This document shows positions 10,673 to 22,490 of a stretch of DNA of 64,000 nt, piece after piece. Each line of letters starts with the position of its first letter. Positions within the stretch are counted from its first letter, which is position 1. The DNA is taken from contig CAWIMJ010000057.1 in the NCBI GenBank assembly GCA_963837175.1, positions 160,001-224,000 of the forward strand. The letters are read 5' to 3'. The position numbers and the translations under genes are program-made. The stretch is from an uncultured Nitrososphaeraceae archaeon (GTDB lineage: Archaea; Thermoproteota; Nitrososphaeria; Nitrososphaerales; Nitrososphaeraceae). The notes below the pieces were generated by a model. That model worked only from the letters and a program-made list of their open reading frames with translations, ran no database searches and was not told the origin of the DNA.

Positions 10673-11656
10673 TTAATTTTCAGGATCTGTAACGCCTAGT
10701 TCAGATAAAGTGAATAATACTTCACTTTCCGGATGATATGGGCTATCGACCATTCTTGCTATTCTATTCTTACCGGAACGTTTAAGATATACTCGATAGG
10801 TGCTAGTATGAGCCACTACATGTCCACCAGCTGGTCTATATGCATCTCCAAAAATTGCATCTGGAGATGATTGTATCTGATTAGTGGCCAAAACTGCAAC
10901 TGCATAGGTTTCTGCAATTCTTACTAATACATGCATAAATTTATTAAGTTTCTGTTGCCTTTCTGACAAGGTCGCTCGCCCAAGAAATTCAGCTCTATAA
11001 TGTGCTACTGCTGAATCAACTATTAGCAATTTTACATTATTGCTGTCGATAACTGGACCTGTTTCTTCAAGAATTAATTCCTGATGCGCGCTGTTATATG
11101 CCTTTGCAACGATTATGTTTTCTAGTGATTTGTAGGGATTCAGGTTTCTGGCGTTTGCTATAGAAACGATTCGTTCCGGTCTAAATGTATTTTCGCTGTC
11201 AATATAAATTGCCTTGCCGTTTAATCCTCCTTGTGATCTACTTTGTTGTACCAATACAGACAGAGTATGACATAACTGAGTTTTGCCGGTGCCATACTCA
11301 CCATAGATTTCTGTCACAGAGCCTGTTTCGATTCCTCCAATGAAAAGATCGTCTAAGTTCTTTGAGCCAGTTGAAATTCTTTCTTCCTGTTTTCTTTTCT
11401 CATAAAGTTTAGTAGCAGTAACAAAGCTCTTGTCAATTATACCTAGTTCCTCCAGTCTTATTCTTGCCTTATTGCAGATATAATTTGACTTTTCTATCTC
11501 CATTCCAGTTGCTTCAGCAACATCAGCCGGCCCTCTGACTATGAGATCTTTGATTGATTTGAATCCGGATTCTTCTAAACGACTTTTGGTTGCTGGGCCA
11601 ATCTCATCGATACTATCAAGATCAAAAGAGTCTGGGTGATGGTCATCTTCTTGCAA
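10673..11656 (-). CDS. radA: RadA/Rad51-family recombinase
   Basis: N-terminal HhH, ISTGSKNLD, Walker A GEYGTGKTQ, YIDSENTFRPERI, LLIVDS, GGHVVAH; could be a paralog. Confidence 0.88.
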   Translation of the reverse strand: MQEDDHHPDSFDLDSIDEIGPATKSRLEESGFKSIKDLIVRGPADVAEATGMEIEKSNYICNKARIRLEELGIIDKSFVTATKLYEKRKQEERISTGSKNLDDLFIGGIETGSVTEIYGEYGTGKTQLCHTLSVLVQQSRSQGGLNGKAIYIDSENTFRPERIVSIANARNLNPYKSLENIIVAKAYNSAHQELILEETGPVIDSNNVKLLIVDSAVAHYRAEFLGRATLSERQQKLNKFMHVLVRIAETYAVAVLATNQIQSSPDAIFGDAYRPAGGHVVAHTSTYRVYLKRSGKNRIARMVDSPYHPESEVLFTLSELGVTDPEN

Positions 11657-12256
11657 CTATAATAATTCAAACTAACGTAGCCCACTAATTAGGATTGAGC
11701 CGAGTTTCTTATCGAAATGATCGGACTATATAAATCGCGGACTTTTTTGAGGATGCAATAGATACAAGTGGCAATTTCTGAATGAACGTGTATGTTCTCC
11801 TTAATTTTATAGCTACACAAATTATGCTTAATATAAAGAGCTTCGTTGATCTAATACATTTTATTATGAATTTATTCGTTTAGACTAGATTGTATAATTG
11901 TTTTAATTTTTTATTACACATTCGGTTAATGTAGGTTATAATAATGTTTATCTTATGACCTAAATATTCCATCTACTACAATTTATCTTCGTAAAATCAA
12001 TAGTAAATAGAGGCTTTGTTAGAATCAAAATTGTAAAAGCATAACCTTTACTACTTTGCTTGATAATTTATGAGAAGCCAACAATCATAAATGAAATCTG
12101 AAAAGAAAATGCAGCCATAAGTTGTTCCATTACGATTGCTTGAATATTATGAGCTTATATGATGTAGATTGTTAATATTAGGTTTGTAAACGTTAATGCA
12201 ACGATTAAATAAAGAATTCACATCTATATCTTTGTTAATAACTATCGGTGTATTAA

Positions 12257-12925
12257 TTGATTGTTGACCTGAATGTTGATGGTAAGCATGTCATTGTGGT
12301 CGGTGGTGGCAGCGAAGGTGTAAGGAAGGTCCGCGGACTCTTAGATCAAAACTGTAAAATTACAGTTATTAGTAACCGTTTAAATCGCTATTTGTTAAAT
12401 CTATCTGAAGGAGGCAAGATACAAGTTGTTAAGGCAAAATTGAAAGATGCTGACATACTTGTCAATTACAAAAATCCATTCCTGATTTTAGCTGCTACTA
12501 ATGATAAATCGCTGAATCGTAATATTGTTGATAAAGGCCGTCAAATGGGTTCATTTGTATATGCCGCAGATGATCCTTCTTACAGTGATTTTTCCTATGC
12601 GTCAATAATCAATATTGAAGGAATAATGCAGGTGGCAATTTCCACATCTGGTAAGAGTCCTATAATGGCACGTAAAGTTAGAATAAAAGCCGAACGAACT
12701 TTAAAGAAAATAATCACAAGATCCGATATCGAAAATACAAAATTACAAGAGTTTGCGCGTAACGCGGCAAAATCAAAAATAAAAACAGTTGGTAAGAGAA
12801 AGGAATTTCTATACTCTATTATCCATGACCAAACAATCCAGAACCTTATTAAGGAGGAAAGATTTGAAGATGCTAAACGCACAACGCTGAAACTATTGGA
12901 GAAATGGGAGAATAAGAATAATTAA
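12257..12925 (+). CDS. sirC: Precorrin-2 dehydrogenase/ferrochelatase (CysG N-terminal, SirC/Met8 type)
   Basis: VVGGGSEG Rossmann motif, AATND, AISTSGKSP. Confidence 0.9.
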   Translation: MIVDLNVDGKHVIVVGGGSEGVRKVRGLLDQNCKITVISNRLNRYLLNLSEGGKIQVVKAKLKDADILVNYKNPFLILAATNDKSLNRNIVDKGRQMGSFVYAADDPSYSDFSYASIINIEGIMQVAISTSGKSPIMARKVRIKAERTLKKIITRSDIENTKLQEFARNAAKSKIKTVGKRKEFLYSIIHDQTIQNLIKEERFEDAKRTTLKLLEKWENKNN

Positions 12926-14215
12926 TGACATTATCATCTACCATGACACAATCATTGCAAATAATTAATGCCCGTGTAACCTTCAGAGATGCTCCTATAC
13001 ACTTACTTGAGAAATTTGCCTTCATTGACATCGACTGTGCACATAAAAAGTTTTTAGAAAATTGTAGCATTAGTGAATGCGTAATCATTCAAACATGCAA
13101 CAGGGTTGAGGTTTTTGCTGCTGGTACAGCTGCCTGATGAAAGAAAATTACTCGAAGTCTGGGGATCAATAGTTGGCCTGACCACCGATGAATTTGCCAA
13201 CACGATTGAAATTAGTAAAGATAGAGATGTTGTTCTTCATTTATTAAGATTAGCATCAGGACTAGATTCATTAGTAATCGGTGAAGATCAAATACTGGGA
13301 CAGGTTAAGCGAGCCTTCGACTTTGCGAACAAGCACCATTATGCCGGTTCAAATCTTTCGGTTATCTTTGATAGAGCAGTAAAACTCGGTAGCAGAGTTA
13401 GGACTAGCACTTCTCTCAATAAAGGAAGTATATCAATTGGATCAATTGCAGTTAATCTCGCAGAAGATCATTTAGACAATCTGAAAAATAAATGTATCAT
13501 GCTTATAGGAACTGGAGAGGGTGCAAGTCTAGTAGCCAAGTCACTAAAAAAACGAGATATTAATTTTTTAGTTACAAGCAGGACATTTCAAAGAGCCAAA
13601 TCATTTGCCGATACCGTAGCAGGCGAGCCAACTCCATTTGAGAAAGCACTTGAAATATTACATGAGGTTGATATAATTTTTGTTTCTACAACTGCGCCAT
13701 ATTACCTAATTACATATGATAGAGTTGAAAAAGCCATGAGTAACCGTGAAAATGGAATGATGATTTTAGACCTTTCAAATCCAAGAACTGTAGAAGAAAG
13801 AGTTGCTCAACTAAGGAAAATCAAATTAATAAACATGGATCAAATAGCAGAGATTGTAGAAAATAATAGGCGTTCTCGAAGAAATGAAATCAGTTCAGCC
13901 GAGAAATTAATTGATATTGAAATGAATTCTGTGTATAATATGTACAAGAGAAAAAGGGTCGAACCTATTGTTGTTTCTATTTTTAAGAATGTAGATGCTA
14001 TAAGAGATAGTGAACTCAAAAAAGCATTTTCTATTTTGGGAAAGAGAATAGGACCTGAAGAATCTAAGATAGTTGAAAAACTTTCATATGCTATTGTTGA
14101 AGCAATTCTTTCTTCTCCGATGAACAATCTTAGGAAAGAGCTGGAAGAATGTGAAGAAAAGCAAGAAGATTTTATGAAATTCATCCTAAAGTTGTTTAAC
14201 TATGAAAACAAATAG
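12925..14215 (+). CDS. hemA: Glutamyl-tRNA reductase, split by a +1 frameshift at ~13133
   Basis: QTCNRVE in the first ORF; ASGLDSLVIGEDQILGQVK, IGTGEG and DLSNPR in the second; removing one base in GCTGCCTGA (13129-13137) joins them. Confidence 0.92.
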
Positions 14216-15206
14216 CAATGGCAGAAATGTTGGGTTTCCAACTATTAGATTGCGTCGTTTAAGACGCAGTCCTGCTATTCGTGATGTTTTGCAGGAAACT
14301 CGTCTTTCAGTCAAGGATCTGATTTGTCCTATATTTATTAAAGAAGGGATTAAAAAACCTCAGGCTATAGAATCTATGCCTGCTATTCAAAGGATACCTG
14401 TTTCTAAGTTAATTAAGAATATAGAGACAGTTGCTGATCTTGGCATTAGAGCGATTCTTCTTTTTGGCATTCCATCTCACAAAGATGATAATGCAAGTTC
14501 TGCCTTTGATGATGAAGGAATTGTACAGCAGTGTACAGATATTATTCATAAACATTTCGGAGACAATATTGCCATTATTACAGATGTTTGTTTATGTCAG
14601 TATTCCTCCCATGGTCACTGCGGAATATTAAAAAATCAAAAAGTAGATAATGATAGTACTACAGCCGCTTTAAGAAAAGTTGCTATTAGCCACGCAGGTG
14701 CTGGAGCCGATTTTGTTGCTCCCTCCTCTATGATGGATGGTCAAGTAAAGGCTATTCGCGAAGGTTTGGATAATGCGGGTTATTCGGATACTGGAATTAT
14801 TGGATATTCTGCAAAGCAAGCATCACCATTATACGCTCCCTTTAGAGATGTAGCCCATTCAATGCCAGAGTTTGGTGACAGAAGAAGCTATCAATTGCCA
14901 ATTAGTAATGCGAGGGAAGCCCTTCGAGAAATAGAATTTGATATTAATGAAGGTGTTGATATTATTATGATAAAACCTGCCATTCCCTATTTAGACCTTA
15001 TTTATCAGGCAAAGACGACTACTACTTTGCCTGTCTGTGCTTATAGTGTCTCTGGAGAATATGCATTGATTAAAGCAGCAGCAGACGAAGGTTGGATTGA
15101 TGAAAATGCTGTAATGAGCGAGTTTTTGATCTCTATAAAAAGAGCAGGGGCAGATATGATAATTACTTATTATGCAAAACAGATGGCCAAATTATTAAAT
15201 GAATGA
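14202..15206 (+). CDS. hemB: Porphobilinogen synthase
   Basis: RLRRLR, DVCLCQYSSHGHCG, APSSMMDGQV, MIKPA, AYSVSGEY. Confidence 0.97.
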   Translation: MKTNSNGRNVGFPTIRLRRLRRSPAIRDVLQETRLSVKDLICPIFIKEGIKKPQAIESMPAIQRIPVSKLIKNIETVADLGIRAILLFGIPSHKDDNASSAFDDEGIVQQCTDIIHKHFGDNIAIITDVCLCQYSSHGHCGILKNQKVDNDSTTAALRKVAISHAGAGADFVAPSSMMDGQVKAIREGLDNAGYSDTGIIGYSAKQASPLYAPFRDVAHSMPEFGDRRSYQLPISNAREALREIEFDINEGVDIIMIKPAIPYLDLIYQAKTTTTLPVCAYSVSGEYALIKAAADEGWIDENAVMSEFLISIKRAGADMIITYYAKQMAKLLNE

Positions 15207-15262
15207 TGATTTATGTCAGACGATACAATTATAATGTTTGCAGGCAAAAGTTTTGCCATTAG

Positions 15263-16540
15263 ATGCTTAGCAAATCAGAATCGTTGTTCAATAGAGCAAG
15301 AAATGTAATTCCATCTGGAGTTAATAGTCCTGTACGGTTTTATGATCCATATCCATTTTTTGCAGTTTCTGCCAATGGCAGCAAGATTGTTACAGCAGAT
15401 CACAAAATATGTATTGATTATTGTATGGGATATGGTGCTGTTTTACTAGGTCATGCTTACCAAACAGTAACTGAATCTATAAAGAACCAGCTTGATATTG
15501 GAAGCCTCTACTGTGTCCCAACTGAAAAGGAAGTAAAGCTGGCAGAACTGATAGCAGAAATTGTCCCATGTGCAGAGATGACAAGGCTTGTAACTACAGG
15601 CGCGGAGGCAACTATGAACGCTATTAGATTAGCACGCGCATTTACAAAGAAGAAAAAAATTTTAAAATTTGATGGTTCCTATCATGGTTCTTATGACTAT
15701 GTTTTGATAAATGCTGGTTCGGGTGCTGAAAGTTTCGCACAATCTGACGGGAGCATAGAAGAGGTAACTTCGCAAACTAAGGTAATTCCTTTTAATAATT
15801 CTGAAGAATTAGATCGAGTGATAGCAAAGAACGATGATATTGCCTGTGTCATAATAGAACCAATATTTGCGAATATGGGACTTGTTTTACCTAAAAAAGA
15901 ATATCTCAATGACGTCAGGAAAATAACAAAGCAAAACGACATTATTTTAATATTTGACGAAGTTGTGACAGGCTTTAGACTTGCCCTAGGGGGTGCTAGT
16001 GAATTCTTTGGAATTAAGCCTGATTTAGCAACATTCGCTAAGGCTATGGGAAACGGTTTTCCCGTAGCAGCAATAGCGGGCAAGAAGGAGATAATGCAGC
16101 AATTGGCGCCAGCCGGTAGAGTATATCAAGCAAGTACATATGCAGGAAATCCTATCTCTGTTTCAGCTAGCATATCTACCATTGAAACTCTGATAAGGGC
16201 AAAGAACGACATATATCCAACTATCGCCAAAACATGCGATCGTCTGGTTAATGGAATTAAAGACGAGCTAGAAGATGCCAAACTGAATTTGACGCTGAAT
16301 ACAATAGGATCAATGTATCAATTGTTCTTTACTGAAGGAAGAGTAACCGATGCCATCAGCGCAAAAAAATCTAATGCAGCAAACTTCAGGCTCTTATTTG
16401 ATGAATTATTGAAGAGAGGGGTTTTCATACCTCCTTCTCAATTTGAAACTTGTTTTGTTTCTTATTCTCACAGCGAAGATGATGTATATAAAACTATAGA
16501 GTTCTATGGCGATGCTATACGCAGAGTGAAAGAAACCTGA
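15263..16540 (+). CDS. hemL: Glutamate-1-semialdehyde 2,1-aminomutase
   Basis: GVNSPVR, FDGSYHG, FDEVVTGFR, AKAMGNGFP, PPSQFE. Confidence 0.97.
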   Translation: MLSKSESLFNRARNVIPSGVNSPVRFYDPYPFFAVSANGSKIVTADHKICIDYCMGYGAVLLGHAYQTVTESIKNQLDIGSLYCVPTEKEVKLAELIAEIVPCAEMTRLVTTGAEATMNAIRLARAFTKKKKILKFDGSYHGSYDYVLINAGSGAESFAQSDGSIEEVTSQTKVIPFNNSEELDRVIAKNDDIACVIIEPIFANMGLVLPKKEYLNDVRKITKQNDIILIFDEVVTGFRLALGGASEFFGIKPDLATFAKAMGNGFPVAAIAGKKEIMQQLAPAGRVYQASTYAGNPISVSASISTIETLIRAKNDIYPTIAKTCDRLVNGIKDELEDAKLNLTLNTIGSMYQLFFTEGRVTDAISAKKSNAANFRLLFDELLKRGVFIPPSQFETCFVSYSHSEDDVYKTIEFYGDAIRRVKET

Positions 16541-17490
16541 TGATCAACAGATTAAGAGTAGGTACAAGAGGGAGTAGGCTTGCTCTTCTTCAGACTCATA
16601 TAATATTACGTGCTTTACGAAAATCTAATCCTTCTATTGAATGTGAAATTGTCACAATTAGTACGAGAGGTGACAAAGATGATAGAGCCATATTTACGAT
16701 AGACGAAAAAGGAATATTTGAAAAAGAATTAAATGATGCCGTAAGAAAAGGAAGCATTGATTTTGCTGTTCATAGTTTAAAAGATCTTCCATCGGACCTT
16801 AACGATGAATTAGTTCTTGCTTCGATACCAAAGAGAGCAAGTCCTAATGATGTATTAGTTAATGAAAAAAAACTGAAATTAAGTGATCTTCCTAAAGGAT
16901 CGATAGTGGGAACTAGTAGTTTAAGACGAGCCATTCAGATAATGAGAAGACGTCCTGATTTAAACGTCAAGCCAATTCGTGGAAATGTCGAGACTCGGGT
17001 CAAGAAATCAATTAATGGAGAATACGATGCTGTTGTTCTTGCAGAGGCAGGTTTAGTTAGGCTTGGAATGAAAGATGTCATTGTAGAAAGGTTTAATGTT
17101 AGAGGCTTTATGCCATCTCCTGGCCAAGGCGCAATAGCAACTGTCTGCAGAAAGAATAATCATCAATTAATTAGAATTTTGAATAGTATTGAAGACAAAA
17201 AATCTAGATCTGAAGTTGATGCGGAACGTGCGATGTCAAGTAAAATAGAGGGAGGCTGCAGATTTCCCGTTGGCGCCATTGCAGTTACAAACTCTGACCG
17301 CAGAAAAATGACGCTCTATGCGTCTGTGTTTTCAGCAGATGGTGTGAAATCGATCAGTCTAAAAGAGAGTGGAAGTATAAAAAATCCAGTTAAACTTGGA
17401 ATAATCGTTGCCGAAATGCTTATGAAAAAAGACGTTAAGAAACTGTCAGAAGACTGGCATGATGCAGTTGATAGGTGGAATAAAAAATGA
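16540..17490 (+). CDS. hemC: Hydroxymethylbilane synthase
   Basis: GTRGSRLA, AVHSLKD, GTSSLRR, RGNVETR, EGGC. Confidence 0.97.
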   Translation: MINRLRVGTRGSRLALLQTHIILRALRKSNPSIECEIVTISTRGDKDDRAIFTIDEKGIFEKELNDAVRKGSIDFAVHSLKDLPSDLNDELVLASIPKRASPNDVLVNEKKLKLSDLPKGSIVGTSSLRRAIQIMRRRPDLNVKPIRGNVETRVKKSINGEYDAVVLAEAGLVRLGMKDVIVERFNVRGFMPSPGQGAIATVCRKNNHQLIRILNSIEDKKSRSEVDAERAMSSKIEGGCRFPVGAIAVTNSDRRKMTLYASVFSADGVKSISLKESGSIKNPVKLGIIVAEMLMKKDVKKLSEDWHDAVDRWNKK

Positions 17491-18240
17491 GAAATAGAGG
17501 TAAAGTTTTCCTTTGTGGTGCAGGACCCGGTGATCCGAAGTTAATCACAGTCAAAGCAATGGAACTTTTGAAAGATTGCGATGTTGTACTTTATGACAGA
17601 CTGATTAGTGAAGATATCATTAATCAGATTCCTGCTCAAGCTGAAAAGATCTATGTTGGAAGAAAAGTAGGAGATCCAACAAGTCATCAGGACAATACAA
17701 ATATTCAAATGGTAAGGCTTGCGAAACAAGGCAAGAAAGTTTTGCGACTTAAGGGAGGGGATCCGTTTATCTTCGGAAGAGGAGGAGAAGAAGCGGAATT
17801 TCTTTTTCAGAACGGTGTTCAATTTGAAATAATTCCTGGAATTTCTTCTGCTATAGCGGCTGCTCGCTTATGCTGGGATTCCCTTAACACATAGGCAATA
17901 TGCCTCATCTCTGGCAATTGTTACCGGCCATGAAGACGGAAATAAGGCTGAATCAATTGTCAAATGGGATAGATTAGCTAATGCTGTAGATACTATTGTG
18001 ATCCTCATGGGAATAGAAAGTCTGGAGAGGATCTGTTATAGTCTGATAAATGCAGGAATGAGTACAAATACAGAGATTGCCATAATTGAAAGTGCAACAC
18101 TTAAAACACAAAGGGTAATCAGCGGCAATCTCATGAATATTCTACGTAAAACTGAAGATTCTAGGATCAAACCTCCTGCGATTATTATAATTGGGAAAGT
18201 TGTTACATTATGCAGAAAGATTGCATGGTTTGGTAAGTGA
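17487..18240 (+). CDS. cobA: Uroporphyrinogen-III C-methyltransferase, split by a +1 frameshift at 17865
   Basis: GAGPGDP and RLKGGDPFIFGRGGEE; removing C17865 restores AAYAGIPLTHR...VTGHE in frame with ORF 17998-18240. Confidence 0.93.
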
Positions 18241-19052
18241 TCCAAATGTCACAAAGCTTTCGTAAGAAAATACTTGCGATAACAAGAAACGATGCTGATG
18301 CTGAAGAATTTTCACAGCTTGTCAGAATGGAAGGTGGCAAGTCCATTGCCTTACCTACTATCGAAATAGTTCCCAAAGGTCCTGAAGTTATTTTAGAATT
18401 TATCGATGAGCTAAAAGAAAAAAAGCATGATTATTGTGCATTTATGAGCCAGTGGGCAGTAAATGTGCTATTTGATCTTGCAAATGCAATGAATAAAACT
18501 GATCAGGTTGTCTCTCTATTAAATTCTAGGACTATTATAGCAGTCGGACCAAAAACCAGAGAAAGCCTTCTTAACCGTAGAATATATGTCCATTTGATGC
18601 CAGAAAAATACTCTGCCAAGGGATTGGTGGAACTTTTTTCAAAAATGAATCTCACGTCTCATAGAATTATTATTCCCCGAAGCAGTGCATCAAATGACTT
18701 CATTGCAACAGCTCTTAGTAAAATAGGTATGAATGTCGATGAACTATTCTTATATGACATCCGGACTTCTATTACGAATGCCATTTGGAAAGATTTTAAA
18801 TTACTTTTGGAAAATAAAAAAGTTGACGCTATTATTTTTACTAGTTCCTCTACGGTTCAGTCATTTTTTGAAATCTTACAAAGGATATCTGCTGATGTTC
18901 CAACATTAATCAGGGGTGTAAAGGCCGTAATAGCAATAGGCCCATTTACTCAGGAAGAATTGACGAAAAAAAATATTCACTCTATTGAGTCTAAAATACA
19001 TACGATAAGAGGAGCTATTGAGTTGGCTAAAGACATTCTTCATGAAAATTAA
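18237..19052 (+). CDS. hemD: Uroporphyrinogen-III synthase
   Basis: AITR, AVGPKT, FTSSSTV, AIGPFT motifs; operon context. Confidence 0.9.
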   Translation: MIQMSQSFRKKILAITRNDADAEEFSQLVRMEGGKSIALPTIEIVPKGPEVILEFIDELKEKKHDYCAFMSQWAVNVLFDLANAMNKTDQVVSLLNSRTIIAVGPKTRESLLNRRIYVHLMPEKYSAKGLVELFSKMNLTSHRIIIPRSSASNDFIATALSKIGMNVDELFLYDIRTSITNAIWKDFKLLLENKKVDAIIFTSSSTVQSFFEILQRISADVPTLIRGVKAVIAIGPFTQEELTKKNIHSIESKIHTIRGAIELAKDILHEN

Positions 19053-19168
19053 TATAGAACAAGATGTTCAGTTGTTTATGTATAAACTATCTATTAAATG
19101 TTTGATGATTAGTCATGCATTAATTACACTGCAACATATATATAAAACATAACAGCGTTATACATTAT

Positions 19169-20570
19169 ATGACGACTGAAAAGATGAATATGGATTATAG
19201 TAAATATGACTTTAAGGACTCAACAGAGCTTTATGTATTTTTAAGTAAAAGAGGTCTCTCTCGGGGAACTGTTGAGGAGATTAGTAAGATGAAAGGTGAG
19301 CCTGATTGGATGAGAGATTTTAGGTTGCGATCCTATGATGTCTTTATGAGTAAACCAATGCCAAAGTGGGGTGGAGATATTTCAAAAATTGATTTTCAAA
19401 ATATCTATTATTATGCCAAAGCATCAGAAAAACAAAGTAAAAGTTGGGATGATGTTCCACAATCTGTAAGAAATACCTTTGATAAACTTGGCATTCCAGA
19501 GGCAGAAAAGAAGTTCCTTGCAGGTGTAGGTGCTCAGTATGAGTCGGAAGTAGTTTATCATAATCTAAGAGAAGATCTTCAGAAGCAAGGAGTAATATTT
19601 GTTGATACAGATACAGCAGTTAAGGAATATCCAGACCTGATGAAAAAACACTTTGGAAAAGTTATTCCACCAGAAGATAATAAATTTGCAGCATTAAATA
19701 GTGCTGTTTGGTCAGGAGGATCCTTCATTTATATTCCACCAAATGTAAAGGTCGACCTTCCTTTGCAGGCGTACTTTAGAATCAATGCTGAAAATATTGG
19801 CCAGTTTGAAAGAACTCTTATTATTGCAGATGAGAATGCAGAAGTTCACTACATTGAAGGATGTACTGCTCCAGGTTTATGCTACCGAATCATTGCACTC
19901 CGCAGTTGTAGAGTTAATTGCAAAGAAGGGAGCCAAGATTAGATACACTACAATCCAAAACTGGAGTAAGGATGTATACAACCTCGTAACTAAGAGAGCA
20001 TATGCATATGAAAATGCCACAGTTGAATGGATTGATGGAAATATAGGTAGCAGACTGACTATGAAATATCCTGGTGTCTATATGTTAGGAAGGAATGCGC
20101 ATGCTGAAGTAGTATCAATAGCTTTCGCAGGCGCCAACCAACATCAAGATGCAGGTGCAAAAGCAGTACACCTAGCACCAAATACAACCTCTAGAATTAC
20201 AAGTAAATCAGTTAGCAAAGATTCTGGTAGAACAACATATAGAGGACTATTGCACGTTGCGAAAGGTGCAACGGGAGTAAAATCTAACGTCAGGTGTGAT
20301 GCATTACTATTAGATGAAAATTCTAGAACTGACACATATCCATATGTCGAAGTAAATGAAGAGGATGCAACAATATCACATGAAGCAACTGTAGGAAAGA
20401 TTGGTGAAGAACAGATCTTTTATCTGATGAGTAGGGGATTTTCAGAATCTGATGCATTGTCGATGATCGTTGGTGGATTCATGGAACCATTTACAAAAGA
20501 ATTACCAATGGAATATGCGGTAGAGCTGAATAGACTTGTAAAGCTCGAAATGGAAGGTTCAGTAGGTTAA
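19169..20570 (+). CDS. sufB: Fe-S cluster assembly protein SufB, split by a +1 frameshift at ~19874
   Basis: [15 protein letters not shown]; [21 protein letters not shown] is continuous after removing one base; [13 protein letters not shown]. Confidence 0.95.
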
Positions 20571-20616
20571 GAGTATAAATTCTCTTTCTTTTTTTCTTAA
20601 GGGATGATATGATGGG

Positions 20617-22035
20617 TTGGTAATTTTATCTGATATTGACAGTCAAGATATTAAAACAATAGCAAGAGAAAAAAGAGAGCCAGATTGGCTGGTACAGATG
20701 AGAGAAAAGGCATTATCCAGTTATGAATCACTCCCTGTCGAAGTTTCACCTCTCTATACTAAATATTCTGACGCAAACCGTTTAAAGCCAGAATATATCC
20801 ATCTTCCAGATAGAATTATACGATCGGAACCATACGGAGATCTCGCAGATAGACTTGATGATTTAGAACATGGTACGAATATATTACAAATTGGCTCTTC
20901 GACAAATCGAGTTTTAATCCCTGATAAAATTGCAAAACAAGGAGTTATTGTTGCCGATATAAAAGAAGCGATAGTACAACAAGAAGATCGTATAAGGGAG
21001 ATTCTAGAAAGTAATCAGTTGGACTATACTGAGGACAAATTCCTTGCATTAGAAGCTGCTGCTTTTCAATCAGGTATTTTTATCTATATTCCAAAAAATG
21101 TAATACTTGAAGAACCGATAAGAATTGTAAAATCACTGGCAGATGATAGAATCTCTTCGATATCACGTAATATTGTTTTTGCAGATGTTAGCTCTAAAGC
21201 AACAGTAGTTCAGGAGATTTATGCGCCGTCAAACGCGACAAAAAAAGATATTCAACAGGCTTATTTTGAGTTAGTTGAATGTCATGTACATCCTAATGCT
21301 CATCTCGAAATGGTAACATTGCAAGCTATGAGTGGAGATACTATAAATTTCTCAAACAGGAAGGCTTTCATCGATAGGGATGCTAAAATGTCTTGGTATT
21401 TAGGAATGTTTGGTGCACAATTATCACGATATAAGATTGATAGCATAATGAAAGGGCCAGGCTCGTCTGGCGAAGATGTAGAAATCATATTTGGTATTGG
21501 AAACCAGTCATTTGATGTCACATCTAATTTGATTCATTATGGTGGTAACTCGAGAGGAAGAGTTCTTGTCAAGTCTGTTATGAAAGATACTTCCAAATCA
21601 TTGTTCAAAGGCATGATAAGGATAGAAAAGAATGCCAAAGCTGCTGAGTCGTACCTTGCTGGACATGCAATTCTGCTAGACAAGGGCGCTAAATCAGATG
21701 CTATTCCAGGACTGGAGATCCAGACTAATGAAGTAAGAGCGACGCATTCTGCTTCCGTAGCACAATTGGATGAGTCTCAACTTTTTTATTTAATGAGTAG
21801 AGGATTAAGCAGAGAGGGTGCAAAAAGAGAAATAGTTAGCGGTTTTCTGGAACCATTATCAAGAAAAATGGGACCAACTATTAGAGCATGGATCAATTAT
21901 CTAATCGAAAACAAATGGTCTGGCAAAGCTCTTATGCTCAAGACAGACGAAGCAATGGAACAGATCTTGGAAATAGAGAAGTCGCGATATAGAGAAACTC
22001 AGGACATCTTTGAGAAACACTACAAATATAGATAA
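20617..22035 (+). CDS. sufD: Fe-S cluster assembly protein SufD
   Basis: IPGLEI, ATHSASV, FYLMSRG; adjacent to sufB. Confidence 0.92.
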   Translation: MVILSDIDSQDIKTIAREKREPDWLVQMREKALSSYESLPVEVSPLYTKYSDANRLKPEYIHLPDRIIRSEPYGDLADRLDDLEHGTNILQIGSSTNRVLIPDKIAKQGVIVADIKEAIVQQEDRIREILESNQLDYTEDKFLALEAAAFQSGIFIYIPKNVILEEPIRIVKSLADDRISSISRNIVFADVSSKATVVQEIYAPSNATKKDIQQAYFELVECHVHPNAHLEMVTLQAMSGDTINFSNRKAFIDRDAKMSWYLGMFGAQLSRYKIDSIMKGPGSSGEDVEIIFGIGNQSFDVTSNLIHYGGNSRGRVLVKSVMKDTSKSLFKGMIRIEKNAKAAESYLAGHAILLDKGAKSDAIPGLEIQTNEVRATHSASVAQLDESQLFYLMSRGLSREGAKREIVSGFLEPLSRKMGPTIRAWINYLIENKWSGKALMLKTDEAMEQILEIEKSRYRETQDIFEKHYKYR

Positions 22036-22052
22036 ATACATAGAAATTTAAT

Positions 22053-22370
22053 ATGACAGAATGGATTAAGGTATGCGAGGAAAATTCACTCAAAAATGGA
22101 GATTTGCTAGATTTTGATTATAAAGATAAGAAAATACTTATAACTAAAGCAGGAGATGAGGTTTTCGCTACAGATAGAATATGCACTCATGCATACGCCG
22201 ATCTCTCTACTGGATTTATGAACGTAGCCGAAAGGACAATTACCTGTCCTTTGCATATGTCTATCTTCAAATTAGAGGATGGTGTTCCGCAGAATCTCCC
22301 GGCAGAACAACCATTGAAAATATATCCACTCAAGATAGAACAAAATTGGATCTGTATTTTTATAGAATAA
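22053..22370 (+). CDS. Rieske-type [2Fe-2S] ferredoxin
   Basis: CTH...CPLH ligand motifs. Confidence 0.93.
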   Translation: MTEWIKVCEENSLKNGDLLDFDYKDKKILITKAGDEVFATDRICTHAYADLSTGFMNVAERTITCPLHMSIFKLEDGVPQNLPAEQPLKIYPLKIEQNWICIFIE

Positions 22371-22490
22371 TGCATAATCTCTACATTGATCACATATGGG
22401 TTTATTTTTCCACAAAGATATTATTAATCCACGATACATTTTGCTTGGCATCTATATTATCAGAATAGATATATATTTTTATTATAACAA

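Noticed and set aside
12925-20570. hemA, cobA and sufB as true pseudogenes
   Set aside because: Each has a single lesion with all motifs intact inside complete operons; sequencing error or recoding is more plausible than decay
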